Source: Patescibacteria group bacterium | Lineage (GTDB): Bacteria; Patescibacteriota; Patescibacteriia; Patescibacteriales; UBA12465 | Assembly: GCA_041664445.1 (NCBI GenBank) | Contig: JBAYKT010000005.1 | Location: forward strand, 7,438 to 71,437 | Length of the DNA: 64,000 nt | Direction: 5' to 3' | Shown here: positions 9,251 to 17,224 of the stretch, piece after piece | How positions within the stretch are numbered: the stretch's first letter is position 1 | How the letters are laid out: each line of letters opens with the position of its first letter | Made by a program: the position numbers and the translations under genes | The notes under the pieces: model-generated | The model's input: the letters and a program-made list of their open reading frames with translations, nothing else | Told to the model about the DNA's origin: nothing | Databases searched by the model: none

Positions 9251-9754
9251 ATGAAAAAATTATTAATTTTTAGTGAACAGGCTCTTTTCAATGACTTCGT
9301 TCAGCCAACGGATTTTGTAAAGACCCTAAAGATGCTGGAAAAGTTATCCGAAAATGGATTTTTTTTAGCGCTAGTCAGCACCTCCCCGGAAGAAACTCTT
9401 TTAAGAATGACGCGCAGAAAAAGAGTGGATATCAGCCACCTTTTTCATAAAGTTCAATACGTCAGACGAGTTTACGACCTAGATGATTATTTAGTGAGCA
9501 TAATCTCTTGGGGAAAACGGAAAAAATTAAGCTTGGGGGAAATGGTTTATTTCGGCCGTTCCCTCTATCCTGATTATTCCGCTACCAGAACGGCTGATGG
9601 CATTGAATTTATTGGCGTCCTTATCAGCCAAAATTTAAATGACCCTTTTGCTCCTTGTGTAAGCATTACCGCTGAACAAAAAGTAGAAGCGCGAAATCTT
9701 TGGCAATTTTTGCCAAAATATTTAGAACTCGCCGAGGCGATTAAAGAAACTTAA
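9251..9754 (+). CDS. HAD-like paralogue lacking the motif-I aspartates (pseudo-phosphatase candidate)
   Basis: 167 aa. LIFSEQALFNDF in place of DxD. YFGRSLYPDY..DGIEFIGV. C-terminal KYLEL shared with the 8614 paralogue. Confidence 0.6.
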   Translation: MKKLLIFSEQALFNDFVQPTDFVKTLKMLEKLSENGFFLALVSTSPEETLLRMTRRKRVDISHLFHKVQYVRRVYDLDDYLVSIISWGKRKKLSLGEMVYFGRSLYPDYSATRTADGIEFIGVLISQNLNDPFAPCVSITAEQKVEARNLWQFLPKYLELAEAIKET

Positions 9755-9797
9755 AAAAATACGGTTAATGAGACCGTAACGGGAAACGTTAGTTTTG

Positions 9798-9827
9798 AGG
9801 CCGTTCCAGAGGGAGCGGCCTTTTTTA
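9798..9827. terminator. bidirectional terminator between the HAD-like gene and uvrC
   Basis: AGGCCGTTC-N5-GAGCGGCCT (one mismatch) followed by T6. Confidence 0.6.
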
Positions 9828-9835
9828 TTTCTTTT

Positions 9836-11011
9836 TTAATATTTCCCCTTTGTCTTAGCTCTTAATCCCGCCTTCCGGCCGCGATTAGCAAAACGATGGG
9901 CCTCTTCGCGTAACTTTAATAAAGTAGCTTTAATATTTTCGGCGAGTTCGCGCTGTTCTTTTTTAGTCTTTACGCTAAAAACCAACTTATCGCCGCCGAA
10001 TTTAGAAATCCCAACCATCTGGGCACTAATATTTAATTTAGCCAGTTCACGCGTTAAAAAACTAATTTGCGGCGAACCACCATCAATCATAATTAAATCA
10101 GGGAGCGGCCATTCTAAATGCTTAAAGCGCCTAGTTAAAACTTCTAACAAAGCCCGTTCGTCATCGCCTCCGGGCGCGTCTTTGATTTTAAATAAACGGT
10201 ACTCAGAAGTATTAGCTTCCCCATTTTCAAAAACCACCATTGAACCATAGCTTTCCTTACCGGAGTGATGCGAGATATCATAGCCCTCAAGACGGCTTAT
10301 TTTTCTTTCATTTAAATCTTCATCGCGCGTTAAGAGCGAAACATCTTGCAAATGCTGGAGTGCTTTGGCTTGTTCGGGATTAGCTTTTTTAAGTTTAAGC
10401 ATTAAACGCTTTTTCTCGCCTTTTAGGAGCAGAATAATATTATCAATATTCTTTTTGTATTCACGGGCACTAATTTTGTCGGCGCAAGCTCCGGGACAAA
10501 GTCCAATTTGATAGTCAAAACAAGCCCGGCCGCTATTCGGCTTGCAAGTCCCATACGGAAAGATGCGACGAATTAAACGCAAGGCATTTTGTAAGAGATA
10601 ATATGATTGATAGGGGCCGAATACTTGAGCGGTTCCTGCGGGAAACTTTTTTAACTCATGCCCGCGGATAATAAGCGGACGCGTAAAATCTTTTTTTGGA
10701 ATGACAACATAAATAAAGGAACGGTCATCGCGGTCAACAATATTATATTTAGGCCAATATTTTTTAATATTAGTTGCCTCTAAAATTATGGCTTCCAGTA
10801 GAGTTTCGGTTTCTTCATAACGGATATTATGCGCCGCGGCCACCATTTCCGCGATGCGCGAGCTGATTCCTTTTTGAAAATATTGGCTTAGGCGGGCCTT
10901 TAAGCTCGTAGCCCGGCCGACATATAAAACTGTTCCCTTTTTATTCAACCAAAAATAGACCCCGGGCTTCTTGGGGGCGGATTTAGCAACGGTGGATAAA
11001 TCTCTTGACAT
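9836..11011 (-). CDS. uvrC: excinuclease ABC subunit C, shortened form (391 aa)
   Basis: GIY-YIG N-terminus (KPGVYFW..VLYVGRA.SL..RL.QY). Cys motif CFDYQIGLCPGAC. C-terminal endonuclease core RLEGYDISH..GSMVVF, DLIMIDGG..Q, LREEAHRFA. No HhH2 tail. Confidence 0.85.
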   Translation of the reverse strand: MSRDLSTVAKSAPKKPGVYFWLNKKGTVLYVGRATSLKARLSQYFQKGISSRIAEMVAAAHNIRYEETETLLEAIILEATNIKKYWPKYNIVDRDDRSFIYVVIPKKDFTRPLIIRGHELKKFPAGTAQVFGPYQSYYLLQNALRLIRRIFPYGTCKPNSGRACFDYQIGLCPGACADKISAREYKKNIDNIILLLKGEKKRLMLKLKKANPEQAKALQHLQDVSLLTRDEDLNERKISRLEGYDISHHSGKESYGSMVVFENGEANTSEYRLFKIKDAPGGDDERALLEVLTRRFKHLEWPLPDLIMIDGGSPQISFLTRELAKLNISAQMVGISKFGGDKLVFSVKTKKEQRELAENIKATLLKLREEAHRFANRGRKAGLRAKTKGKY

Positions 11012-11032
11012 AAAAATAAAAAGGATTAATAT
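11005..11032 (+). promoter_or_regulatory. consensus sigma70-type promoter firing antisense to the uvrA-uvrC transcript
   Basis: TTGACA-16 nt-TAATAT. Overlaps the first codons of uvrC on the other strand. Confidence 0.6.
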
Positions 11033-11038
11033 GCTTAA

Positions 11039-11309
11039 TATAGTTCGCCCACAAATAGTGGGTTTGCAAATTCAACAACCGGATAAAACCGGAAAATCGC
11101 TGCGACGACTTCGTGGAGGCATACTCGAGCAAGTTAATTCTTGCATTAATCGTAACGCCCTCCAAGCGACTCAAGTCAAGTAGCATTGCACCCTAGCAAC
11201 AAACGTCTGCTCACGAAAGTTGGGCATTAATGGTTATAAGGTTTCTTAATTAATGAAATTCTTGTTCAAATAACCAATCCTAAGACCGCTGTTGCTAGGG
11301 TCTTTTTTT
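11039..11309 (+). ncRNA. candidate ~270-nt structured RNA of unknown class, antisense to the uvrA-uvrC spacer
   Basis: Bounded by the promoter above and by AAGACC-N11-GGTCTT plus a T-run. Several stable hairpins, including an 11-bp long-range stem CCCTAGCAACA/TGTTGCTAGGG. No plausible ORF. Confidence 0.4.
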
Positions 11310-11324
11310 ATTTAAAAGACCAAA

Positions 11325-13841
11325 TTACTTTTTTAAATAAGGCTTTAAATACTTGCCAGTCTCCGATTCCGGTTCCCTAACAATATCTTCCGGCGCACCC
11401 GCGGCTACTAAGCGTCCGCCTTTTTCACCGCCATCGGGCCCTAAATCAATAATATAATCCATAGACTTAAGCATATGCATATTATGCTCAATAACTAACA
11501 CCGAATTCCCCTTCTCCACTAACTTATTCAAAACGGTAAGTAACATATCAATATCATAATAATGCAAACCGGTTGTCGGTTCATCCAATAAATACAGAGT
11601 ACGCTTGCCTAAGGTATGGGTTAGCTCTTTAGCAATTTTAATTCTCTGCGCCTCACCGCCGGATAAGGTGGTCGCGCTTTGGCCGATTTTAATATAACCC
11701 AAACCGACCGACTGTAAAACTTTTAATTTTTCGGTGATATAGTAATTGCCGTCAAAATGCTCAACTGCCTCATCAATCGTCATATCCAATACCTGGGCGA
11801 TGTTCTTATCTTTATATTTAACTTGCAGAGTTTCGCGATTAAATCTTTTACCACGGCAAACCTCACATTCCACTAAAACTGGAGGCAAAAAATGCATTTC
11901 AATTAAATTTGCACCTGCTCCTTCGCAAGCTTCACAGCGTCCGCCCGGACGATTAAAGGAAAAACGGCCAATACCATAACCGCGTTCTCTGGCTTCCGGT
12001 AAACCGGCAAAGAAATCGCGAATCGGCGTAAAGATACCGGTGTAAGTAGCGGGATTAGAGCGCGGAGTGCGGCCAATCGGCGATTGGTCAATCACAACTA
12101 CCTTGCTGATATAATCAGTGCCCTTAATTTCTTTAACATCTTCCATTTTGGCGCGACCACCGGGACGCGCTTTAATATGAGAAACGTTTTTATATAACAC
12201 ATCGTAAAGAAAGGATGACTTTCCACTCCCAGAAACACCGCTGATACCGACTAAGCGTCCGAGTGGGATTTCTACGGTGATATTTTTTAAATTATTAGCC
12301 GTCGCGCCGATAATCTTCAAGGAGCCGTGATTTTGCTCGCGTCTTTTATTAGGCAGGCTAATTTCTCGATGACCGTTTAAATATTGCAAAGTCAAGGACT
12401 TTTTGGTGGCCGTCTTATCTTTACCGTCCAAAAGTGCCTTAACCTCACCCGCGGCCATAACTTCACCGCCGTGAACACCAGCCAAAGGTCCTAAATCAAC
12501 CAAATAATCCGCTGCTAGAATGGTTTTTTCATCATGCTCCACAATAATTACCGTATTATCCTTATCGCGTAATTTTTTCAAAGTATCAATCAGTTTTTCA
12601 GTGTCGCGTTCGTGCAGGCCGATTGTCGGTTCATCAAGAACATACAAAGTTCTCGATAAATGGGAACTGATTTGTGAAGATAAACGGATGCGCTGAGCCT
12701 CACCACCGGATAAGGTATGGGCTTCACGCTCTAAACTTAAATAATCCAGACCGACTTTAAGCAAAAACTCCAAGCGGCTAATAATCTGGACAACCACGTT
12801 CTCCGCAATCGCCAGCTCCCGCTTGGTCATTTTTTCATAATAACTATTGAAAAACTTTAAGGTTTTATCAAGCGGCAACTTAGCGACTTCAGCAATATTC
12901 TTGTTAGCAACTCTAACGGACAAACCTTCCGGTTTTAAGCGTGCGCCCTTACAAGTCTCGCATTTTTCTTCGCCAAAAAAATTCTTTTTGCCTAGTCCCG
13001 CGCATTCCGGACAAGCCCCAGCCGGCGAATTAAAAGAAAACAAGCGCGGCTCAACTTCCGGAAAAGAAAAATTATCATTCGGGCAAGTCCAATTGGAAGA
13101 TAGCAGAAATTCCTGTTTTTCATATTTAGCGACCACTAAGCCCTTGCTGTATTCCATGGCTTTTTCTACCGCTTCAAATAAGCGGGATTGGTCATCAAGC
13201 ATTACTTTATCAATCACAACATCAATATCATGATTTTGTTTGGAGGCTAACTTTATTTTTTCTCGGAGCGAGTGAATTTTTCCGTCTACCCGTGCTTCCG
13301 CATAGCCTAAACCTAAATAATTGTATAAAAGCTGATAATATTCACCTTTACGATTGCGAATAACCGGCGACATAATAGTCACATATTTTTCCTGAGAATC
13401 TTGGCCGCGGTTAATAATAATGTCCACCATTTCTTCGGTCGTCAGTTTTTCAATTTTATGGCCGCAAAGCGGACAATGCACATCGCCTACGCGCGCGTAT
13501 AAAACCCGTAAATAATCATAGATGTCGGTTAAAGTCCCGACCGTGGACCGCGGATTATGAGATAAGGCTTTTTGATCAATAGCAATTGCCGGTGCTAAAC
13601 CGATAATTTCATCCACATCGGCCGGTTTTTTCTGGCCCAAGAATTGACGCATATAGGGGGATAAGGATTCAACATATTGTCTTTGCCCTTCGGCAAAAAT
13701 CGTATCAAAAGCCAGCGACGATTTGCCACTTCCCGAAACGCCGGAAATTACCGTTAATTTATTATGCGGTATTTCCAAATTAATATTTTTCAAATTATGC
13801 ATCCGCGCGCCGCGGATTATCATTTTTCCTTTATCTGACAT
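11325..13841 (-). CDS. uvrA: excinuclease ABC subunit A, form lacking the insertion domain (838 aa)
   Basis: Two ABC modules (GVSGSGKSS twice; LSGGEAQR twice) and zinc modules. Only 9 residues between CAGLG and CETCKGARL. Confidence 0.95.
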   Translation of the reverse strand: MSDKGKMIIRGARMHNLKNINLEIPHNKLTVISGVSGSGKSSLAFDTIFAEGQRQYVESLSPYMRQFLGQKKPADVDEIIGLAPAIAIDQKALSHNPRSTVGTLTDIYDYLRVLYARVGDVHCPLCGHKIEKLTTEEMVDIIINRGQDSQEKYVTIMSPVIRNRKGEYYQLLYNYLGLGYAEARVDGKIHSLREKIKLASKQNHDIDVVIDKVMLDDQSRLFEAVEKAMEYSKGLVVAKYEKQEFLLSSNWTCPNDNFSFPEVEPRLFSFNSPAGACPECAGLGKKNFFGEEKCETCKGARLKPEGLSVRVANKNIAEVAKLPLDKTLKFFNSYYEKMTKRELAIAENVVVQIISRLEFLLKVGLDYLSLEREAHTLSGGEAQRIRLSSQISSHLSRTLYVLDEPTIGLHERDTEKLIDTLKKLRDKDNTVIIVEHDEKTILAADYLVDLGPLAGVHGGEVMAAGEVKALLDGKDKTATKKSLTLQYLNGHREISLPNKRREQNHGSLKIIGATANNLKNITVEIPLGRLVGISGVSGSGKSSFLYDVLYKNVSHIKARPGGRAKMEDVKEIKGTDYISKVVVIDQSPIGRTPRSNPATYTGIFTPIRDFFAGLPEARERGYGIGRFSFNRPGGRCEACEGAGANLIEMHFLPPVLVECEVCRGKRFNRETLQVKYKDKNIAQVLDMTIDEAVEHFDGNYYITEKLKVLQSVGLGYIKIGQSATTLSGGEAQRIKIAKELTHTLGKRTLYLLDEPTTGLHYYDIDMLLTVLNKLVEKGNSVLVIEHNMHMLKSMDYIIDLGPDGGEKGGRLVAAGAPEDIVREPESETGKYLKPYLKK

Positions 13842-13858
13842 ATATAAACAATTTCAAT

Positions 13859-14287
13859 TTATTTAAAAATTTTTCCCTCTTTATACCTTTCAATCATCAG
13901 CTCTGTGCCTTCAAAAAGCGGCTTTGGTAAATTATCCAAATCAAACCAGCGCCACTCAGCAAATTTTTTAGGCTCTTTAGTCTTCGGAATTCCCTGAGAT
14001 TTATTAGCCAGAAATCCTAGGCCAACATAATGCTTGCCTTTATCGATTGAACGTAATTCATCTTGAACTGAAATTAATTCTAACTCAGAAACCACGAGAC
14101 CAGTTTCTTCTAGGGCCTCTCTAGCCGCTCCATCAATTAGTTTTTCTCCGAACTCTAAATGCCCACCTGGAAAACACCAAGTTCCTTGACCATGAGGAGA
14201 TTTTCGCAAACCCAGCAAGACTTGATTTTCGTCATTCTTAATCATTACCCCTAGGCCGACCTTTGGTCGATTTTCAATATTTTCCAT
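13859..14287 (-). CDS. Nudix hydrolase
   Basis: 142 aa. Nudix box GGHLEFGEKLIDGAAREALEETGL. Confidence 0.85.
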   Translation of the reverse strand: MENIENRPKVGLGVMIKNDENQVLLGLRKSPHGQGTWCFPGGHLEFGEKLIDGAAREALEETGLVVSELELISVQDELRSIDKGKHYVGLGFLANKSQGIPKTKEPKKFAEWRWFDLDNLPKPLFEGTELMIERYKEGKIFK

Positions 14288-14293
14288 ATTATT

Positions 14294-15451
14294 TTAGGCT
14301 TTATTTTCTTGATTATTATCCTTATTGTAATTCCATCCAGGATGACGATAGTTTTCACTATTATTTTCGGCAATTTCATTAAATATAATCTTAAAATACT
14401 CAGGCTTAGTGGTGCTAAAAAATTGCCTTGAATCATCTGATAATTTACCTTTTTTATATAAATCTGAAAGTTGGCGATAATGTTCATCAGTGAATTCTTC
14501 ACCATACTTCTTTATTCCTAATTGTTCCATTTCTAACTCTAAAACTTGTTTGCGCGCATAACGCTCCGGCTGACTTCTAAAATAATTACTTAATACTCTT
14601 TTTGTATCCTCTCTTGTATCGCCGTGTGTTTTTTTAAGATACTCTTTAAACTCTGGTTTCTTGAAATCAATTTTTTGACCAGATTTACTCATTAATTTAG
14701 CCGCTTTACGGGAATATTCGTCGGCGTCAACTGTTTTATGCCCCAATATTTCATGCTCGACGGTAAATTCATGTTTTTTATGATTCTTGGGCAATATCAC
14801 CGAGAACCTTTTTTCATCAGTTTCATAGTTAGCATTATTGTCATCAAGAGAATAAGTTCCATGCATAATATTCTGCAGTCTCGTTTGTTGGTGTTCTTTA
14901 GCCGCCTGTTCATCGATATCGTATTCCAACATTAATTTTTTAAGATATTCCGGACTTTTTACATGTTCTATTAACGCCTCTATTTTACTATCATAAAATT
15001 CAAAGTCCTCTTTATTTTTAGAAAAATTCTCCTTATCAAAATAAACATCGCCTACTTCTTTAACTTTCAAATCAGGATTAACAAGATACTTCTCATAAAC
15101 GTTTATGAGTTGCTCCTGTTCCTCAATATTATTCCCGTCAGAAAGAAGACTCTTGGCATTATCCAAAGCCAACTTAACTTTTTCGATATTTTCCGCTAAG
15201 AGAATATCAGGATTTTCTTGTTTTTCTCTTAATTCGCCGCTAACATCTTTTTTGTTAGATAAATCATACATTTTAGGCGAATTACGGTCTAACATCCATT
15301 CATCATTTTTTGGCATTTTTTCTGACTGCGCCTGAACCTTTTCCGCTCCTAAAACTATGCTGGCACCAATGCCAACGGCGAGCGTGCCAATTTTAGCCGC
15401 TTTTTTAACATCCTCCTGCCCTTTTTTGAAAAATGATTCAAACTTAAACAT
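14294..15451 (-). CDS. exported or membrane-anchored HExxGH-motif protein (putative zinc metallopeptidase-like), paralogue 2
   Basis: 385 aa. N-terminus MFKFESFFKKGQEDVKKAAKIGTLAVGIGASIVLGAEKVQAQ. HEILGH, then PERYARK 63 residues later. Conserved tail IFNEIAENN. Confidence 0.5.
   Translation of the reverse strand: MFKFESFFKKGQEDVKKAAKIGTLAVGIGASIVLGAEKVQAQSEKMPKNDEWMLDRNSPKMYDLSNKKDVSGELREKQENPDILLAENIEKVKLALDNAKSLLSDGNNIEEQEQLINVYEKYLVNPDLKVKEVGDVYFDKENFSKNKEDFEFYDSKIEALIEHVKSPEYLKKLMLEYDIDEQAAKEHQQTRLQNIMHGTYSLDDNNANYETDEKRFSVILPKNHKKHEFTVEHEILGHKTVDADEYSRKAAKLMSKSGQKIDFKKPEFKEYLKKTHGDTREDTKRVLSNYFRSQPERYARKQVLELEMEQLGIKKYGEEFTDEHYRQLSDLYKKGKLSDDSRQFFSTTKPEYFKIIFNEIAENNSENYRHPGWNYNKDNNQENKA
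15326..15451. repeat. ~125-nt block about 90% identical to 17095..17220 (5' ends of the two paralogues)
   Basis: Hand alignment gives about 13 mismatches in about 125 nt, far above the similarity of the rest of the genes. Confidence 0.8.
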
Positions 15452-15453
15452 AT

Positions 15454-16035
15454 TTAATATTTTAAAAACGGATTTGGACCAGCAAAAGTGATTAGCGGTG
15501 TGTGATGGTTAATAATATCATTCGGAACGCCATATTTTTTATTATACAAGGTATCGGCGGCACAAAATAACGCCTCAGAATAATCAAAACCCAATTTAGC
15601 GCTCACGGCTTTTACTATTTCCTCCGATTGGCCTTCAACTTCCACATAGGGTTCTAGATAGGGCCATTCATCAATGGTAATTTCGGTATTATCCAGAGTC
15701 CAAAGTTCGCGGCGACTTTCTTGAAAGGCTTTCTGCTTGGCGCCGACTGATTCTAAAAACATGATGCCTTCCGCAAAATTATCAATTTTTAATTGAATTT
15801 CTTTTTGATTTTCTATTTTATCGCCGTCGACAACTTTTAGACTCATCGTTATTTTATCGCCTTCGTCACGGACTCTAAGCCAAGCACCGGGAATTTCATG
15901 ACCGACCGGTAATTCAAAAACAACGCGTTTCATTAAAAACTCCGCTTTAATAAGCTGAGCACCGGCGGCTTTTAAACGCGCGCGCATCTCGCCCTTATCA
16001 ATATTAATAAAAGTTGCTTCGTATTCAATGTTCAT
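15454..16035 (-). CDS. CYTH-domain protein (CyaB / triphosphate tunnel metalloenzyme family)
   Basis: 193 aa. N-terminal IEYEATF (ExExK-like signature with T for K). Beta-rich pattern with WLRVRDEGDKITMSLK typical of CYTH. Confidence 0.65.
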   Translation of the reverse strand: MNIEYEATFINIDKGEMRARLKAAGAQLIKAEFLMKRVVFELPVGHEIPGAWLRVRDEGDKITMSLKVVDGDKIENQKEIQLKIDNFAEGIMFLESVGAKQKAFQESRRELWTLDNTEITIDEWPYLEPYVEVEGQSEEIVKAVSAKLGFDYSEALFCAADTLYNKKYGVPNDIINHHTPLITFAGPNPFLKY

Positions 16036-16038
16036 ATT

Positions 16039-17220
16039 CTAAGCTTTATTTTCTTTATTTAAATTATTCTCCGGCGCTAGATTATTTTCGGCAATTTCGT
16101 TAAAAATTGTTTCTAAATATTCCGGTTTTACTATTTCTAAAAAATGTTTTGCTGAATCCGAAAGCTTATTCTGCTTTTTAAATTCATTAAGAATTGCTAT
16201 ATGCTCTAAACTAAACTTTTCGCCATATTTTTTAATTCCCAAATTTTCCATCTCCATTTCCAAATTCTTTTTGCGGGCATACATCTCACTAACATTAGAA
16301 AAATAATTAGTTAACTCAGCAAACACATCTTTAGTTCTTTCGGGCGTACTTATATTAAATTTTTCGGCCTTAGCATAATTTAGCAGAAATTCTGGGTTAT
16401 CACGGTAAGCCTCTTTAAATGTTTGTTGGGCTTTATTAGATAGACCAAATTCAGCAAAAGTGGCTTTATGTCCCAAGACTTCATGAGTAATTATTTCGTC
16501 CTTATTTTTAGCGCCCTCCTCTAAAGAAACTTTGGCGGAATTCTTTTTAATGCCACCATCTACCTCATAGCGCCAATTAAAATTACTATCGCCTTGGACC
16601 AAGGAATAATCTCCGGACTTAACAGCGTCAACCCTGGCTTCCTGTATTTTTTTAGCCTCTTCTATAGAGCACTCATATTCCCGAGACAATTTTTCTAAAT
16701 ATTCGGAACCCGCAACATGATTAATTAATTTCTCAAAAATCTTATCATATTCTGCCCTAGCATCTTCATAAGACTTAATGTCCGCTCCTCTTTCAGCTAA
16801 AGTTTTTTGCAAGTTTTCCTCAGCCTCCTTTAAATCTACCTGAAAACTTTTTTTAATTTCTGCTCCCCTAACTGAATCTGGAGTTAAAAAAAATGTCTCA
16901 TCAGTCAAAATTTCTTTATAATTTTTAATGCTTGTTTCTAAAATCCTAACTTTTTGCTCATTAAACTCAGCGGGGTTATACCCTTTTTCTTTATTAAAAT
17001 ATTCTTGAAAGTTATAATTTTGCTCGCTAGTAGCCGCGGACTCTGTTTTATTAGACTCCGCTTCAATATCAATTTTATTATTACGAACCGTGTCTTGCGC
17101 CTCAACCTTTTCCGCCCCTAAAACGACGCCAGCGCCAATGCCAACGGCAAGCGTGCCAATTTTAGCCGCTTTTTTAACATCTTCCTGCCCCTTTTTAAAA
17201 AATGAATCAAATTTAAACAT
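16039..17220 (-). CDS. exported or membrane-anchored HExxGH-motif protein (putative zinc metallopeptidase-like), paralogue 1
   Basis: 393 aa from MFKFDSFF. The longer ORF would overlap uvrB. HEVLGH, SEMYARK, tail IFNEIAENN. Confidence 0.5.
   Translation of the reverse strand: MFKFDSFFKKGQEDVKKAAKIGTLAVGIGAGVVLGAEKVEAQDTVRNNKIDIEAESNKTESAATSEQNYNFQEYFNKEKGYNPAEFNEQKVRILETSIKNYKEILTDETFFLTPDSVRGAEIKKSFQVDLKEAEENLQKTLAERGADIKSYEDARAEYDKIFEKLINHVAGSEYLEKLSREYECSIEEAKKIQEARVDAVKSGDYSLVQGDSNFNWRYEVDGGIKKNSAKVSLEEGAKNKDEIITHEVLGHKATFAEFGLSNKAQQTFKEAYRDNPEFLLNYAKAEKFNISTPERTKDVFAELTNYFSNVSEMYARKKNLEMEMENLGIKKYGEKFSLEHIAILNEFKKQNKLSDSAKHFLEIVKPEYLETIFNEIAENNLAPENNLNKENKA
17095..17220. repeat. partner of repeat 15326..15451
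   Basis: See 15326..15451. Confidence 0.8.
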
Positions 17221-17224
17221 ATTC

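Noticed and set aside
10971-11186. 70-aa (+) and 67-aa (-) ORFs in the uvrA-uvrC spacer
   Set aside because: The plus-strand ORF starts upstream of the predicted transcription start and its internal ATG overlaps the -10 box. Neither has an SD or a protein-like sequence. The region is better explained as a structured RNA.
14251-14505. 84-aa ORF overlapping the Nudix / HExxGH-paralogue junction
   Set aside because: It is out of frame within two well-supported genes and consists of a low-complexity K/I-rich sequence.
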